A stretch of 64,000 nucleotides of DNA, taken from Candidatus Micrarchaeota archaeon. Its GTDB lineage: Archaea > Micrarchaeota > Micrarchaeia > Norongarragalinales > SBBD01. Made by a program: the position numbers and the translations under genes. This document shows, piece by piece, positions 19,038-28,326 of this stretch (its first letter is position 1; each line of letters begins with the position of its first letter). The stretch covers positions 64,001 through 128,000 of the forward strand of contig JAHJQN010000008.1 of NCBI GenBank assembly GCA_018819225.1, written 5' to 3'. Below the pieces are notes generated by a model, which was not told the origin of the DNA, ran no database searches, and worked only from the letters and a program-made list of their open reading frames with translations.

Positions 19038-20774
19038 ATGGAATTCGTTAAGCTGGCCGACGTATTCGAGAAGATGGAGCAGACCGCTTCCCGACTCCAG
19101 ATGACCGCCGACCTCGCCGAGCTGTTTAAAGAAACCCAACCAAAAGACATCGCGCACATCACCTACCTGTGCCAAGGCATTATCGCTCCCGAATTCACCG
19201 GCATTGAACTTGGAATGGGTGACAAGCTCACCGAACAAGCCATTGCACACGTCTCCGGAAAAAGCGTGAAAGAAATTGAAAAAGAGTACAAAAAACAAGG
19301 CGATTTGGGCATCACCGCGGAGCGAATGCTGGAAAAAAAAGCGCAGCAATTCCTGTCCAACCAATCACTCACAACGGAAAAAGTGCGCCAAAACGTGTAC
19401 CGCATTGCGACCACCGCGGGATCCGGTTCCCAGGATTTGAAAGTCAAACTATTAGCTGAATTACTAGCGAACGCGAAACCCCGCGAAGCGAAAGTGCTCG
19501 TGCGTTTCGTTCAAGGTCGGCTGCGACTCGGTATCGGAACCCCCACCATACTCGACGCGCTATCCGTGTACGCCGCTCATGATAAGAGCCTCCGGTCCAT
19601 TCTCGAACGCGCGTACAACATGCGTTCCGATCTCGGACTCGTCGCGCAACTCCTTTTCCAAAAGAAAATGAAAGAAATTGAATCCATGACTCCGCAAGTA
19701 TTTTCACCGATTCGACCCGCGCTCGCGGAACGACTGACGGACGCGGAACAAATCATTGAAAAAATCGGTTCCTGCCGCGTGGAAGGCAAGTACGACGGAT
19801 TTCGTTTGCAAGTTCACGTCAAAGGAAAGGACGTGAAACTGTTTTCCAGAAAACAGGAACCCATGACACCGATGTTTCCCGATATAGTGCAAGCCGTTCA
19901 ACACGAATTACACGTTAAAGAAGCCATCATCGAAGGAGAAGCGATTGCATACGATGAAGAACGACAGCGCTTCCTTCCATTTCAAGTCACGATTCAAAGG
20001 AGACGGAAGCACGGCATCAGTGAAAAAAGCCGGCAAATTCCTTTGAAACTTTTTGCTTTCGAACTGTTGTACGCGGATGGAATCGACTACACCATTGAAC
20101 CGTACGAAAAGCGGCATTTGGAACTGACTCGACGCATTCATTCCAACGCGAAAACCGTGCGCGTCGCCGAATCCAAGACCGTACACAACGCCCGCGAATT
20201 AAACTCGTTTTTTGAAAAATCCGTTGGCGACGGACTTGAAGGCGTTATGGCCAAAGATCCGAAGGCGCCGTACATTGCAGGGGCTCGAAAGTTCGCGTGG
20301 ATCAAACTAAAGAAATCGTACGGAAAACTGACCGATACGTTTGACCTCGTAGTCGTTGGATATTATAAAGGGAAAGGGAAACGCACGCCATTCGAGTTCG
20401 GGGGTTTGCTGGCGGCCGCTTACGACGACCAGAACAAGCGCTTCCGAACGCTGGCCCGCATCGGCACCGGATTCTCGGAAGAACAAATGAAGCAATTGCA
20501 TCACGAACTCGAAAAGAAGAAAACGAAATCAAGGCCCAACACAGTCGACTCAAACATCGAGCCCGACGTATGGGTTCAACCATCCATGGTCGTCGAAATA
20601 AATGCGGATGAAATCTCGCAGTCCCCCATGCATACCTGCGGAAAAAGCGGTTCAGGAGAAGGACTCGCGCTGCGTTTCCCGAGACTCGTTCAAATCCGAA
20701 AGGACAAGGAACCCGAAGATGCGACCACCGAAAGCGAAGTATTGGAAATGTTTGAAATGCAGCAACAACGGTGA
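19038..20774 (+). CDS. lig: ATP-dependent DNA ligase
   Basis: EGKYDGFR adenylation motif, EGVMAK, WIKLK, DLVVVG, LRFPR. Confidence 0.97.
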   Translation: MEFVKLADVFEKMEQTASRLQMTADLAELFKETQPKDIAHITYLCQGIIAPEFTGIELGMGDKLTEQAIAHVSGKSVKEIEKEYKKQGDLGITAERMLEKKAQQFLSNQSLTTEKVRQNVYRIATTAGSGSQDLKVKLLAELLANAKPREAKVLVRFVQGRLRLGIGTPTILDALSVYAAHDKSLRSILERAYNMRSDLGLVAQLLFQKKMKEIESMTPQVFSPIRPALAERLTDAEQIIEKIGSCRVEGKYDGFRLQVHVKGKDVKLFSRKQEPMTPMFPDIVQAVQHELHVKEAIIEGEAIAYDEERQRFLPFQVTIQRRRKHGISEKSRQIPLKLFAFELLYADGIDYTIEPYEKRHLELTRRIHSNAKTVRVAESKTVHNARELNSFFEKSVGDGLEGVMAKDPKAPYIAGARKFAWIKLKKSYGKLTDTFDLVVVGYYKGKGKRTPFEFGGLLAAAYDDQNKRFRTLARIGTGFSEEQMKQLHHELEKKKTKSRPNTVDSNIEPDVWVQPSMVVEINADEISQSPMHTCGKSGSGEGLALRFPRLVQIRKDKEPEDATTESEVLEMFEMQQQR

Positions 20775-20779
20775 AAATC

Positions 20780-21229
20780 ATGCCGGAACAACTCCAACTC
20801 AAGTGGAAAGGGATTCGCTGGCCAAAGAAAGCGAGTTGGGGAACCTTCGATGTAGCTCTTGAAAATCCGCGAGGAGAAGTTCGGGCAAAATACACGATTC
20901 CCCTACCATCCGTCGAAGAAGGACGCATTCGATTTTTGGATCGCGAAGCGTCTTGGGGGCATATTCAATCCTTTCCTCCAAGGCAGGGGCATGGAAGGGC
21001 GTTGATGAGTCGAATGAGGCGCGTTTTTGAACAACTCGCTCACGAACATAGCGCAACAGTAGAGCATCTTCCCACAGGATCCCGAAAAATTTTCATGAGA
21101 ATGGCAGATTATCCTATAAGGGGTCCAAAAGAGTATTATCCCCGCGTACATCCGTTAACAAATACCGAGCGCTTCATCGTGCAACAGCTCCGGGAACACC
21201 TCCGAAAACAACTCGACAAGGCCGCGTAA
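20780..21229 (+). CDS. Arg-rich orphan with GNAT motif A-like segment
   Basis: PRQGHGRALM resembles R/QxxGxG. Confidence 0.5.
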   Translation: MPEQLQLKWKGIRWPKKASWGTFDVALENPRGEVRAKYTIPLPSVEEGRIRFLDREASWGHIQSFPPRQGHGRALMSRMRRVFEQLAHEHSATVEHLPTGSRKIFMRMADYPIRGPKEYYPRVHPLTNTERFIVQQLREHLRKQLDKAA

Positions 21230-21430
21230 CTATTTCTTAAATAGTTTGTGGACGAGCCACGACACCAACGCGAAGAACAATACGACGACCAAAGCGATGT
21301 TTTGCCTAACCACGTCCGGATAATACGCTCCCACCGCAAGACCGAACAGGATGCTCGACCACTTTAAAACGGCAAGATCCCAGAAGTTCAGTTTCTTCAC
21401 TCGTCCAATATACCATTTCATGAATCCCAT
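21230..21430 (-). CDS. Small 2-TM membrane protein
   Basis: KKLNFWDLAVLKWS followed by two hydrophobic segments. Confidence 0.7.
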   Translation of the reverse strand: MGFMKWYIGRVKKLNFWDLAVLKWSSILFGLAVGAYYPDVVRQNIALVVVLFFALVSWLVHKLFKK

Positions 21431-21437
21431 TGTTCCA

Positions 21438-22208
21438 TCACCCCTTTTCCACAACCATTAACCTATAGGCTTCAAGAACATCGCTGACCTCCGTCACTTT
21501 CATCCCCGTCTCCGATGCCACATCAATAACGACGCGTTGAGTCGTACACGTTTGATAATACGTGTCATCAATGACCTCATTTTGACACACCTGCTTGTTT
21601 TGGGGCTGCAATTTTTCTCCTACAGGAACCAGAATCTCTGAAAACCCCGATTCCCGAGCAACCAGCGCCTTCTCCAGGATGCGCCCGACACGTCCAATGG
21701 AACCATCCGGGGAAACCGACCCCGTAATCAACACGTCATCGCGCAACGATTCCCCGCGAAACAACGCCAGCGTGCCAACAGCCATGGCCGCTCCCGCAGA
21801 TTCCCCTCCGACCACCTCCGAATCCGCAGACAAAGAAAAATACAAGTCGTACGATGAGATGGCGCTCACGCCCGAAAGCTGTTTTCCGACGTCTAACGCG
21901 GTTCGCAAAGAATACTGAGTATCCGGATTCGTCAACGGATTTCGTTCATCAAACTGGTAATACACATTGCCTTCCCCGTTCGTCAAGCGCAGTTCCAGGA
22001 CAGCCAGCGCCCCAACCCCGCTTCGCGACACCGCTGGAAGCGGCATGCGCACAAACGAAATCGGTTCGGGTGAAGGCGCGGGTTCATTCGAATTAAAGAG
22101 AACCGGCCCGCCATCCGTTCTTTGCAAGAATGCACCAGCCATCTCGTAACCGACCAGCATGGCCAACAACACGCTCGCGACCAGCACAAGTGCAGCCACG
22201 TGTTTCAT
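21438..22208 (-). CDS. Exported S16 (Lon proteolytic-domain-only) serine protease
   Basis: N-terminal TM; GESAGAAM catalytic Ser, ITGSV..DGSIG.VG...EK catalytic Lys; no AAA domain. Confidence 0.85.
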   Translation of the reverse strand: MKHVAALVLVASVLLAMLVGYEMAGAFLQRTDGGPVLFNSNEPAPSPEPISFVRMPLPAVSRSGVGALAVLELRLTNGEGNVYYQFDERNPLTNPDTQYSLRTALDVGKQLSGVSAISSYDLYFSLSADSEVVGGESAGAAMAVGTLALFRGESLRDDVLITGSVSPDGSIGRVGRILEKALVARESGFSEILVPVGEKLQPQNKQVCQNEVIDDTYYQTCTTQRVVIDVASETGMKVTEVSDVLEAYRLMVVEKG

Positions 22209-22338
22209 AAGTCACCAAAGGCCGAAGCGCTTTATATCTATTCCGCCGAATCCTCAAAGAACATCCGCATCAAATGAAAGCGCTTGAGACGGAACAGAGA
22301 AGCGGCTAAAAATCAATGGATCGTCGATTTCATTGGCA

Positions 22339-22746
22339 TTAGAGCTTTCCTAAAAAGACGCAGTACCATAGTCCGAGCACGAGCGCGGAATCAATGAACC
22401 ACAACGATACGTGAACGATTTCAAAATACGGGAACACGTAAAAGAACACCAGAATGGTCAGCCATAAACGCGCCAAATTGAAAAGCAACAGAAACGGGGT
22501 TAAGAGAACAAGCGCTTTCCAGCGTTTACGTTCCGGAATCGGAGTCGACCATAACAAGGCCGCGAGCAAAATCACCATCACGAAACCCGAGCATTCCGCA
22601 ACGATGTGCACCACGTAATGACCGAACTGCAACGACGAACCGTCTTGCGTGACATAGGTACCCACGTGCCCGAGCATATCGCGCTGGATGGAAGCAATCG
22701 CTTGCGTGAGAAACGATAAGTCTAATGCAATCAGAACAAGGAACAA
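22339..22746 (-). CDS. Archaeosortase/exosortase family protein (true start probably further upstream)
   Basis: HIVAECSG (Cys), FNLARL (Arg), IVHVSLW (His); frame stays open upstream into the carS end. Confidence 0.75.
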   Translation of the reverse strand: MFLVLIALDLSFLTQAIASIQRDMLGHVGTYVTQDGSSLQFGHYVVHIVAECSGFVMVILLAALLWSTPIPERKRWKALVLLTPFLLLFNLARLWLTILVFFYVFPYFEIVHVSLWFIDSALVLGLWYCVFLGKL

Positions 22747-22819
22747 TGCGAAAAAAATCGCCAGAAAATTAACGAAAAACTTCTTTTCATCCGGGCGAAT
22801 GAACGGAATCAGAAGCGCA

Positions 22820-23332
22820 TCACCAAGGAACGCGTTTCAAGTTCAATCGATGCGCCAGAATATTCAATAACACATGCAAAATGAACGTCAACAGGAACAA
22901 GTAAATGATTTCCGAATAAGATGGAATAAACACGAGGGAAGAAAACGCGAGTGCCATCACTAAAAACAGCAGTTGATCCGTGAGGAAGAAGGGCTCGCCG
23001 GGCTTCAAGTTCATGCGGCGCTTGATAAAGCTGCCGAGCAAGTCCCCGAACAAGGTCCCGGAAGCCAGTAGAAAAGCCACCCAAATTTTCAGTCGAAAGG
23101 ACAAAAAAGGGAGAAACATATTCGGCAGTAAGTAGGCGAGTAAGACGCCAGCGAACATCCCAGCGGCCAAACCCGCGCCTAACCCGCGCAACGTCTTGCT
23201 ATTCCCCAGCAAACGATTTCCGTCAGGCAAATGTCGTTTAAAATCAATGGGTGCGCCCCCTCCAAACAATACGGGCGCACTATTGGCCACGTACGCAGGA
23301 AAGATATACAGGATTAGGGAAACCAGATCCAT
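22820..23332 (-). CDS. carS: CDP-archaeol synthase
   Basis: PAYVANSAPV..GGG.PID, DG.RLLG.SKT.RG, GDLLGSFIKRR, DQL. Confidence 0.93.
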   Translation of the reverse strand: MDLVSLILYIFPAYVANSAPVLFGGGAPIDFKRHLPDGNRLLGNSKTLRGLGAGLAAGMFAGVLLAYLLPNMFLPFLSFRLKIWVAFLLASGTLFGDLLGSFIKRRMNLKPGEPFFLTDQLLFLVMALAFSSLVFIPSYSEIIYLFLLTFILHVLLNILAHRLNLKRVPW

Positions 23333-23418
23333 CTCGACTCCTCAAAAAATACGCGTCCTCCTTCACGCGATATAGCGAACAGAAAGCTATATTAAAACGT
23401 TTTCGCATACCCGCATAC

Positions 23419-25548
23419 ATGAATGCTCGCCTGAAGGTTCCGGGACTCGCCAGTCTCCTCATCCTACTCTTATTTTCGACTCCCGCATTCGCAACGTGCA
23501 CGTTCCTTGAAGTCGACGCCATTACCTCGTTAGCGGTTCAACAAGGCGTGCAAGCCGTATTTCCAATCACGATCCGGCACAACGGCGCCAACCAACAACC
23601 CGTATATATTTCAGCCCAAAACCCTGACCGACTCCCCCTCCAATTCGACGAAAGCGCTTATGTACTCACACCCGGTGAAGAAAAAACATTTAACCTCATC
23701 ATCGAAACGGAAACCGTCGGAGTCGGAGAATATGAAATCCCTATTGAAATTTCCGCCGATGAAGGATACGGATCATGCTATGAATACGAAACCATTCAAC
23801 TCGCTGTTGAAACGAGCTCGACGCCGACTCCCGAACCCCTTGATTCCGTGGCCATGTCCATTGATCCCAAGGAAGCTCGCCAAGTTTTCCCAGGAGAAAT
23901 CCTTTCCTACGATATTCGCGTACACAATAATTACAATGAAGAAATCATCGTCGAACTCGATGCGCCGGATAATCCATTCTCGTCGAGCACATCGTTCGCC
24001 GAGAAAGTCTTCCGGATCCCCGCCCGATCCAGTAAAGTGGTCCGGGTACGCGTCACGATTCCACCCGGAACCCCCGGTAGCATCTACGACCTCGTTTTTA
24101 GAGCCGAAGTGAACACGGCGTGTTGCATCCAAGAACTCATTGTTCCTGCGAGCATCAGCGTGTTCGGAGAAAATGCACGACTGTCAGTATTCCGCGAACC
24201 TTACGGATGCGTATCCGTGAAACAAGGCGAAACGTACAACATGGAGCTCGGAATCCAAAACGATGGCGGAGTGCGGGGGCCGTACACGATGGAAGTTCTC
24301 GGAGAACCCGAAAGCACTCGAAACGTGCAACTCCAGGTCCGACGCTTTGAATTGATGGAAGGGGAGCGTACCTACGTGAACGTCAGTATACGGCCTCCCG
24401 AGAACGAGCCTCAAGAAATCAAATTCTTTACGCTTCGAATCCGATACCTGGACTTCTCCATGTACGAAACCGCATTCTGTTACCGCGTTCAAGGAACCAA
24501 AGACATCGAAATCGAAAAACCCGTTGAAATCAACGCGAAAAGATGTTCCACGGAAAGCTTCGAATTCTCATTAAAAAACATTGGTTCGCTCGAGGACACG
24601 TACGCCATTGAAACCCGACCCATGCGAGGAGCCTCCGTATTCGTCGACCCTCAAACATTTACGTTACGTCCCAGTGAACGTCAACGGGCTAGCGTTGTAC
24701 TCGGCGTATCTTGTCTCGCACCCTTGGGATTGCAGAATCTGGAAGCCCGCATCATTGGAAGCGAGTTTACTCGAAGTGAACTATTCGAAGTCCGCATCGC
24801 GCCCAACGAGACGCGTCAATTGTTCCTCAAACTAACGGCTCCCAAAACCGTCCGTGTTGTGGAAGGTATTCCCACCGAGTTCACGGTCTCCGTGTTCAAC
24901 ACGCTCAGTGTTCCGGTGGACGGAACGTTCATTTCTATCGAAGGCATTCCAGATGAATGGGTGGAGATTGAAGGCGCTAAAACCATTCGAAGCGCCTCGA
25001 CCGCACAGTATAAAGTACGCGTCCACACCGAAATTACAGGGGACTTCCCCATTTCCATTATCGCAGCCAGTGGACTCGAGAAAAGCCGCGTTTCCTCAAC
25101 GCTGCTGATTGAACCGCAAGTCCAACAACTCGACTACGCGTACCAGACTGATTTCGCGGAACTCGACGGAGAAGTACAAGAAGTTCGCGTGTTCCTCACG
25201 GTAACCAATCTAGGTAACGTCGTACTCAACGATATTCTCGTATCCACTTCCGCGGAAGACGTGAACGTCATCCCCATCGAAAACATTGCATCTTTGGCTC
25301 CCGGAGAAAGCCGGAGCATTAACGCCGTCGTCCGCCCATTACAGGATACGAGCGAGAAACTGATTCCATTACGTTTGAAGAGTACGGAAGGCGCCGTTCA
25401 AACGAAGAGTATTGCGCTTCCTGCGCTCCGACGCGCAGACGAAACGACGCCATTCGATTTCCCGTGGAAAATCGTTGCCATCATCGTAGTCCTCGTACTC
25501 ATTTTCGCTGTTCTCGCGAAAAGCGATGACGGCGCCGTGCAAGTATAA
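23419..25548 (+). CDS. Large cell-surface protein with tandem Ig-like (NEW3/CARDB-like) domains and C-terminal TM anchor
   Basis: Signal peptide (PAFA), repeated I.N.G...D.Y and L.PGE motifs, C-terminal PWKIVAIIVVLVLIFAVL. Confidence 0.8.
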   Translation: MNARLKVPGLASLLILLLFSTPAFATCTFLEVDAITSLAVQQGVQAVFPITIRHNGANQQPVYISAQNPDRLPLQFDESAYVLTPGEEKTFNLIIETETVGVGEYEIPIEISADEGYGSCYEYETIQLAVETSSTPTPEPLDSVAMSIDPKEARQVFPGEILSYDIRVHNNYNEEIIVELDAPDNPFSSSTSFAEKVFRIPARSSKVVRVRVTIPPGTPGSIYDLVFRAEVNTACCIQELIVPASISVFGENARLSVFREPYGCVSVKQGETYNMELGIQNDGGVRGPYTMEVLGEPESTRNVQLQVRRFELMEGERTYVNVSIRPPENEPQEIKFFTLRIRYLDFSMYETAFCYRVQGTKDIEIEKPVEINAKRCSTESFEFSLKNIGSLEDTYAIETRPMRGASVFVDPQTFTLRPSERQRASVVLGVSCLAPLGLQNLEARIIGSEFTRSELFEVRIAPNETRQLFLKLTAPKTVRVVEGIPTEFTVSVFNTLSVPVDGTFISIEGIPDEWVEIEGAKTIRSASTAQYKVRVHTEITGDFPISIIAASGLEKSRVSSTLLIEPQVQQLDYAYQTDFAELDGEVQEVRVFLTVTNLGNVVLNDILVSTSAEDVNVIPIENIASLAPGESRSINAVVRPLQDTSEKLIPLRLKSTEGAVQTKSIALPALRRADETTPFDFPWKIVAIIVVLVLIFAVLAKSDDGAVQV

Positions 25549-25667
25549 ATAAAACCATCGTTTTCAAGCGATGAACGTATTAACGTTAAAATCCCTGAGG
25601 CGCACGGGAGGCATGCTCAGGGCTATTACATCGCATTCGAATCAACGGATGAAACCATTTGGCGTCA

Positions 25668-26729
25668 TTATATTTTACGAACGACACCGTTGTTCGCGTC
25701 CACTTCCACGCGATCCCCATTCTTGAAAAAAGTCGTTGCTTTTTCCGTACCCGTAATGCATGGTATTCGCAGCTCGCGCGCAACAATGGCGGCATGGCAA
25801 AGCATGCCTCCCGCATCCGTGACAATCGCCGATGCTTTTTTCATGAGCATCAGAAAACTCGGACGCGTCATCCCCGTAATCAATACATCGCCTTCCTTGA
25901 AACCCGTCGCTTGACTCGGATCGAGAACGATCGAGACCCGTCCTTGCGCAACCCCTTTGTATGCGGGCGTACCCGCCAACTCATCCACGTTCCCCGAATG
26001 GCTCAGAATCGCCTGCTCCAGCAAATCCACTTCCGGGCCGGAAACGACTTCATAACGACCCTTCTTGAAAAGCAATGCCGATCCCTTAAAGCGTTCCTCG
26101 AGGAGCGAAGAAGAAGGAAGCGAATGGTTTTCAAAATAGGTTTCCAGTTCGTCTTTCGTCAGACATAAAATGAGATGCAGCGGCACGCGCTCGTTACGTG
26201 CGATCGATTGAACAAACGATTGCATATACTGCTCCGTTTCCGCGTAGACGCTCTCCGAATGCTTCCGGGCATCCTCAAACAAAGAAAAGGCCTTATGAAG
26301 TTCCACAGGAGGCAGAAAATCGACGGTTCGCTTAACGGCTAAATGCGGGCCCACGTACGCATAAAATAGATTCAAGAAATCGTGAAATGCATCCGGAGAG
26401 ATCGTTGAAGCGTCCTGAGATTGCATGAATTCGCGAATGCGATCCGTTTCCTTTTTCAAGTCCCTGCACACCGCTTGAACCAAGGATTCGTTCGAACGAA
26501 TCATGGACGCCAGCGACTCGCCAAACACCCTCAACTCATTCTTCTCAATATAACAATAACTGTAGCCGTCCCGCGAAATGAACACCGCCTGATTCAGACG
26601 CGTTCCCGCCGGATTGATCATGGTTTCAGTATACTGATGCCCAAAATAAGAGCAGGTCCAAAGGCTCCAACTGCCCGCCCAATGCTTAACCCATTGAGAA
26701 GACGCTAAATCAGCGATGGAAATGGTCAT
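25668..26729 (-). CDS. Stand-alone PEP-utilising-enzyme mobile (His swivel) domain protein
   Basis: C-terminal GDVLIT.MTRP...AIVTDAGGMLCHAAIVARELRIPCI. Confidence 0.85.
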   Translation of the reverse strand: MTISIADLASSQWVKHWAGSWSLWTCSYFGHQYTETMINPAGTRLNQAVFISRDGYSYCYIEKNELRVFGESLASMIRSNESLVQAVCRDLKKETDRIREFMQSQDASTISPDAFHDFLNLFYAYVGPHLAVKRTVDFLPPVELHKAFSLFEDARKHSESVYAETEQYMQSFVQSIARNERVPLHLILCLTKDELETYFENHSLPSSSLLEERFKGSALLFKKGRYEVVSGPEVDLLEQAILSHSGNVDELAGTPAYKGVAQGRVSIVLDPSQATGFKEGDVLITGMTRPSFLMLMKKASAIVTDAGGMLCHAAIVARELRIPCITGTEKATTFFKNGDRVEVDANNGVVRKI

Positions 26730-26782
26730 GCAATTAAAAGGACCGCAGGAAATAAAAAAGAATAAGGAAAAAACAAAAAAGG

Positions 26783-27001
26783 TTATTTACTTTTCTCAGC
26801 GACTTTCCCGATCCAAATGATCGCAAAGACGGCGATAACGGTCACTACGACGGCGTATATGAACATCGGAACCAGCGAATCCGCCTTCCCGAAAACCTCG
26901 GCAAACAATGCTTGAATGGCCCCATTCCATGCGAGTGCAGCGACCAGTCCAAACGCAGCCGTCATCAAGGCGGCAATCTTCTCAACCACTTCTTTCTGCA
27001 T
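26783..27001 (-). CDS. DUF5654 family small membrane protein
   Basis: LMTAAFGLVAALAWNGAIQ motif. Confidence 0.8.
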   Translation of the reverse strand: MQKEVVEKIAALMTAAFGLVAALAWNGAIQALFAEVFGKADSLVPMFIYAVVVTVIAVFAIIWIGKVAEKSK

Positions 27002-27086
27002 CCCATCACCCCCACCGTATTCGCAGTTCGTATTACCCGTGCGATTACAAATGCACGAGTTGGAAACGCGTTTATTCTCGGTTCAC

Positions 27087-27590
27087 GTGATTCAATCATG
27101 CAAATTAATTTTCGTAACGGGTGGAACCATTGATAAATCACGATTGGGTTCTCCCACGGTTGGTTACAACGAACAACGCTCGTTCATACTAGATAGGTTG
27201 AATCAAGCATTCGTCACTATACCTCTTTCCATCGAGAACTTAATGAATAAAAGCAGTCGATTAATGACTTCGAAAGATCGCACGTACATCGCGAATAAAT
27301 GCAAAGAAACACCCGAACACCGCATTCTGATCACGCACGGTACCGTAACGATGTCGGACACGGCGAAATTTCTTTGTCGAAAAGTCAAAGGGAAAACGAT
27401 AGTGATGACCGGATCGTTTGTACCATTCAAGATTCAAGGATCCGATGCCCTATTTAATTTAGGTGCCGCGCTGATTGCCGTGCAATCGTTGCCCTCCGGG
27501 GTTTACGTTTGCATGAAAGGAGAGATTTACCAATACAATTTCAAGTATTACCACCACGAAGACCACTATAAGACAAAAAAAGTCTACTAG
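27087..27590 (+). CDS. Short asparaginase-like protein (N-terminal domain only)
   Basis: VTGGTIDK, ITHGTVTM, TIVMTG, SDALFNLG; GTG start inferred. Confidence 0.8.
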   Translation: MIQSCKLIFVTGGTIDKSRLGSPTVGYNEQRSFILDRLNQAFVTIPLSIENLMNKSSRLMTSKDRTYIANKCKETPEHRILITHGTVTMSDTAKFLCRKVKGKTIVMTGSFVPFKIQGSDALFNLGAALIAVQSLPSGVYVCMKGEIYQYNFKYYHHEDHYKTKKVY

Positions 27591-27606
27591 AAAGACGCGA
27601 CGTGTG

Positions 27607-27832
27607 GCCGACTTTTCTATTATAGAAAAATTAGCCAAAGCGTTCGAGCTCAGATCGTAAAAGTATAGCGACTTTTGATCGACCTTTTTGAAAAGGTCGG
27701 AATGGGCCCGCGGATAACGACCTTTCTTGAAAAGAAAGCTCGACCAAAGAACGGGAGCCAAGAGAGTTCGGATCGAAATCGAGTTACGAATTTTGATCGA
27801 CCTTTTTGAAAAGGTCGGAATGGGCCCGCGGA
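27607..27832. repeat. Cluster of four palindromic elements in alternating orientation, with a 42-bp direct repeat containing the tRNA-Val 3' end
   Basis: 27673-27714 identical to 27791-27832 (118-bp period); inverted variants at 27607-27640 and 27718-27749. Confidence 0.85.
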
Positions 27833-27892
27833 GAATCGAACTCCGGATCTTTCCCACGTCAAGGGAACGTCTTACCACTCGACTACGGGCCC
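27821..27892 (-). tRNA. tRNA-Val(GAC)
   Basis: Full cloverleaf: GGGCCCG/CGGGCCC acceptor, TTCCC-TTGACGT-GGGAA anticodon arm, CGGAG-TTCGATT-CTCCG T arm; no encoded CCA. Confidence 0.97.
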
Positions 27893-27898
27893 TTTCAA

Positions 27899-28006
27899 TG
27901 GACTCGCCGGGAATACCGCTCCTTTTCTTAAACCATAAGAAAAAGAGAATCGAACCCGGAGTCTCCCCCACGCCAAGGGGGTGTGTTACCGTTACACTAC
28001 GAGCCC
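27899..28006 (-). tRNA. tRNA-Ala(GGC) with 36-nt intron in the T-loop (59/60), intron 27913-27948
   Basis: GGGCTCG/CGAGTCC acceptor with G3-U70, CCCCC-TTGGCGT-GGGGG arm; removing the intron restores CCGGG-TTCGATT-CCCGG; bulge-helix-bulge at the junctions. Confidence 0.92.
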
Positions 28007-28065
28007 ATGCTTTAAGCTGTGGAAGTGCGTATTCGTTATTTACGGGAAAGCCGAAGAATAAAAGC

Positions 28066-28326
<261 letters not shown>

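Noticed and set aside
21438-22208. Full ATP-dependent Lon protease
   Set aside because: No Walker motifs; only the proteolytic domain is present.
23251-23418. N-terminal extension of the surface protein
   Set aside because: Overlaps carS; the signal peptide fits ATG 23419.
27673-27832. Possible mini-CRISPR array
   Set aside because: Only two copies, the repeat includes the tRNA 3' end, the 76-nt spacer contains another palindrome, and no cas genes are present.
27949-28006. Truncated tRNA-Ala pseudogene or att scar
   Set aside because: The missing 3' part lies 36 nt downstream and the junctions form a BHB, so an intron explains it better.
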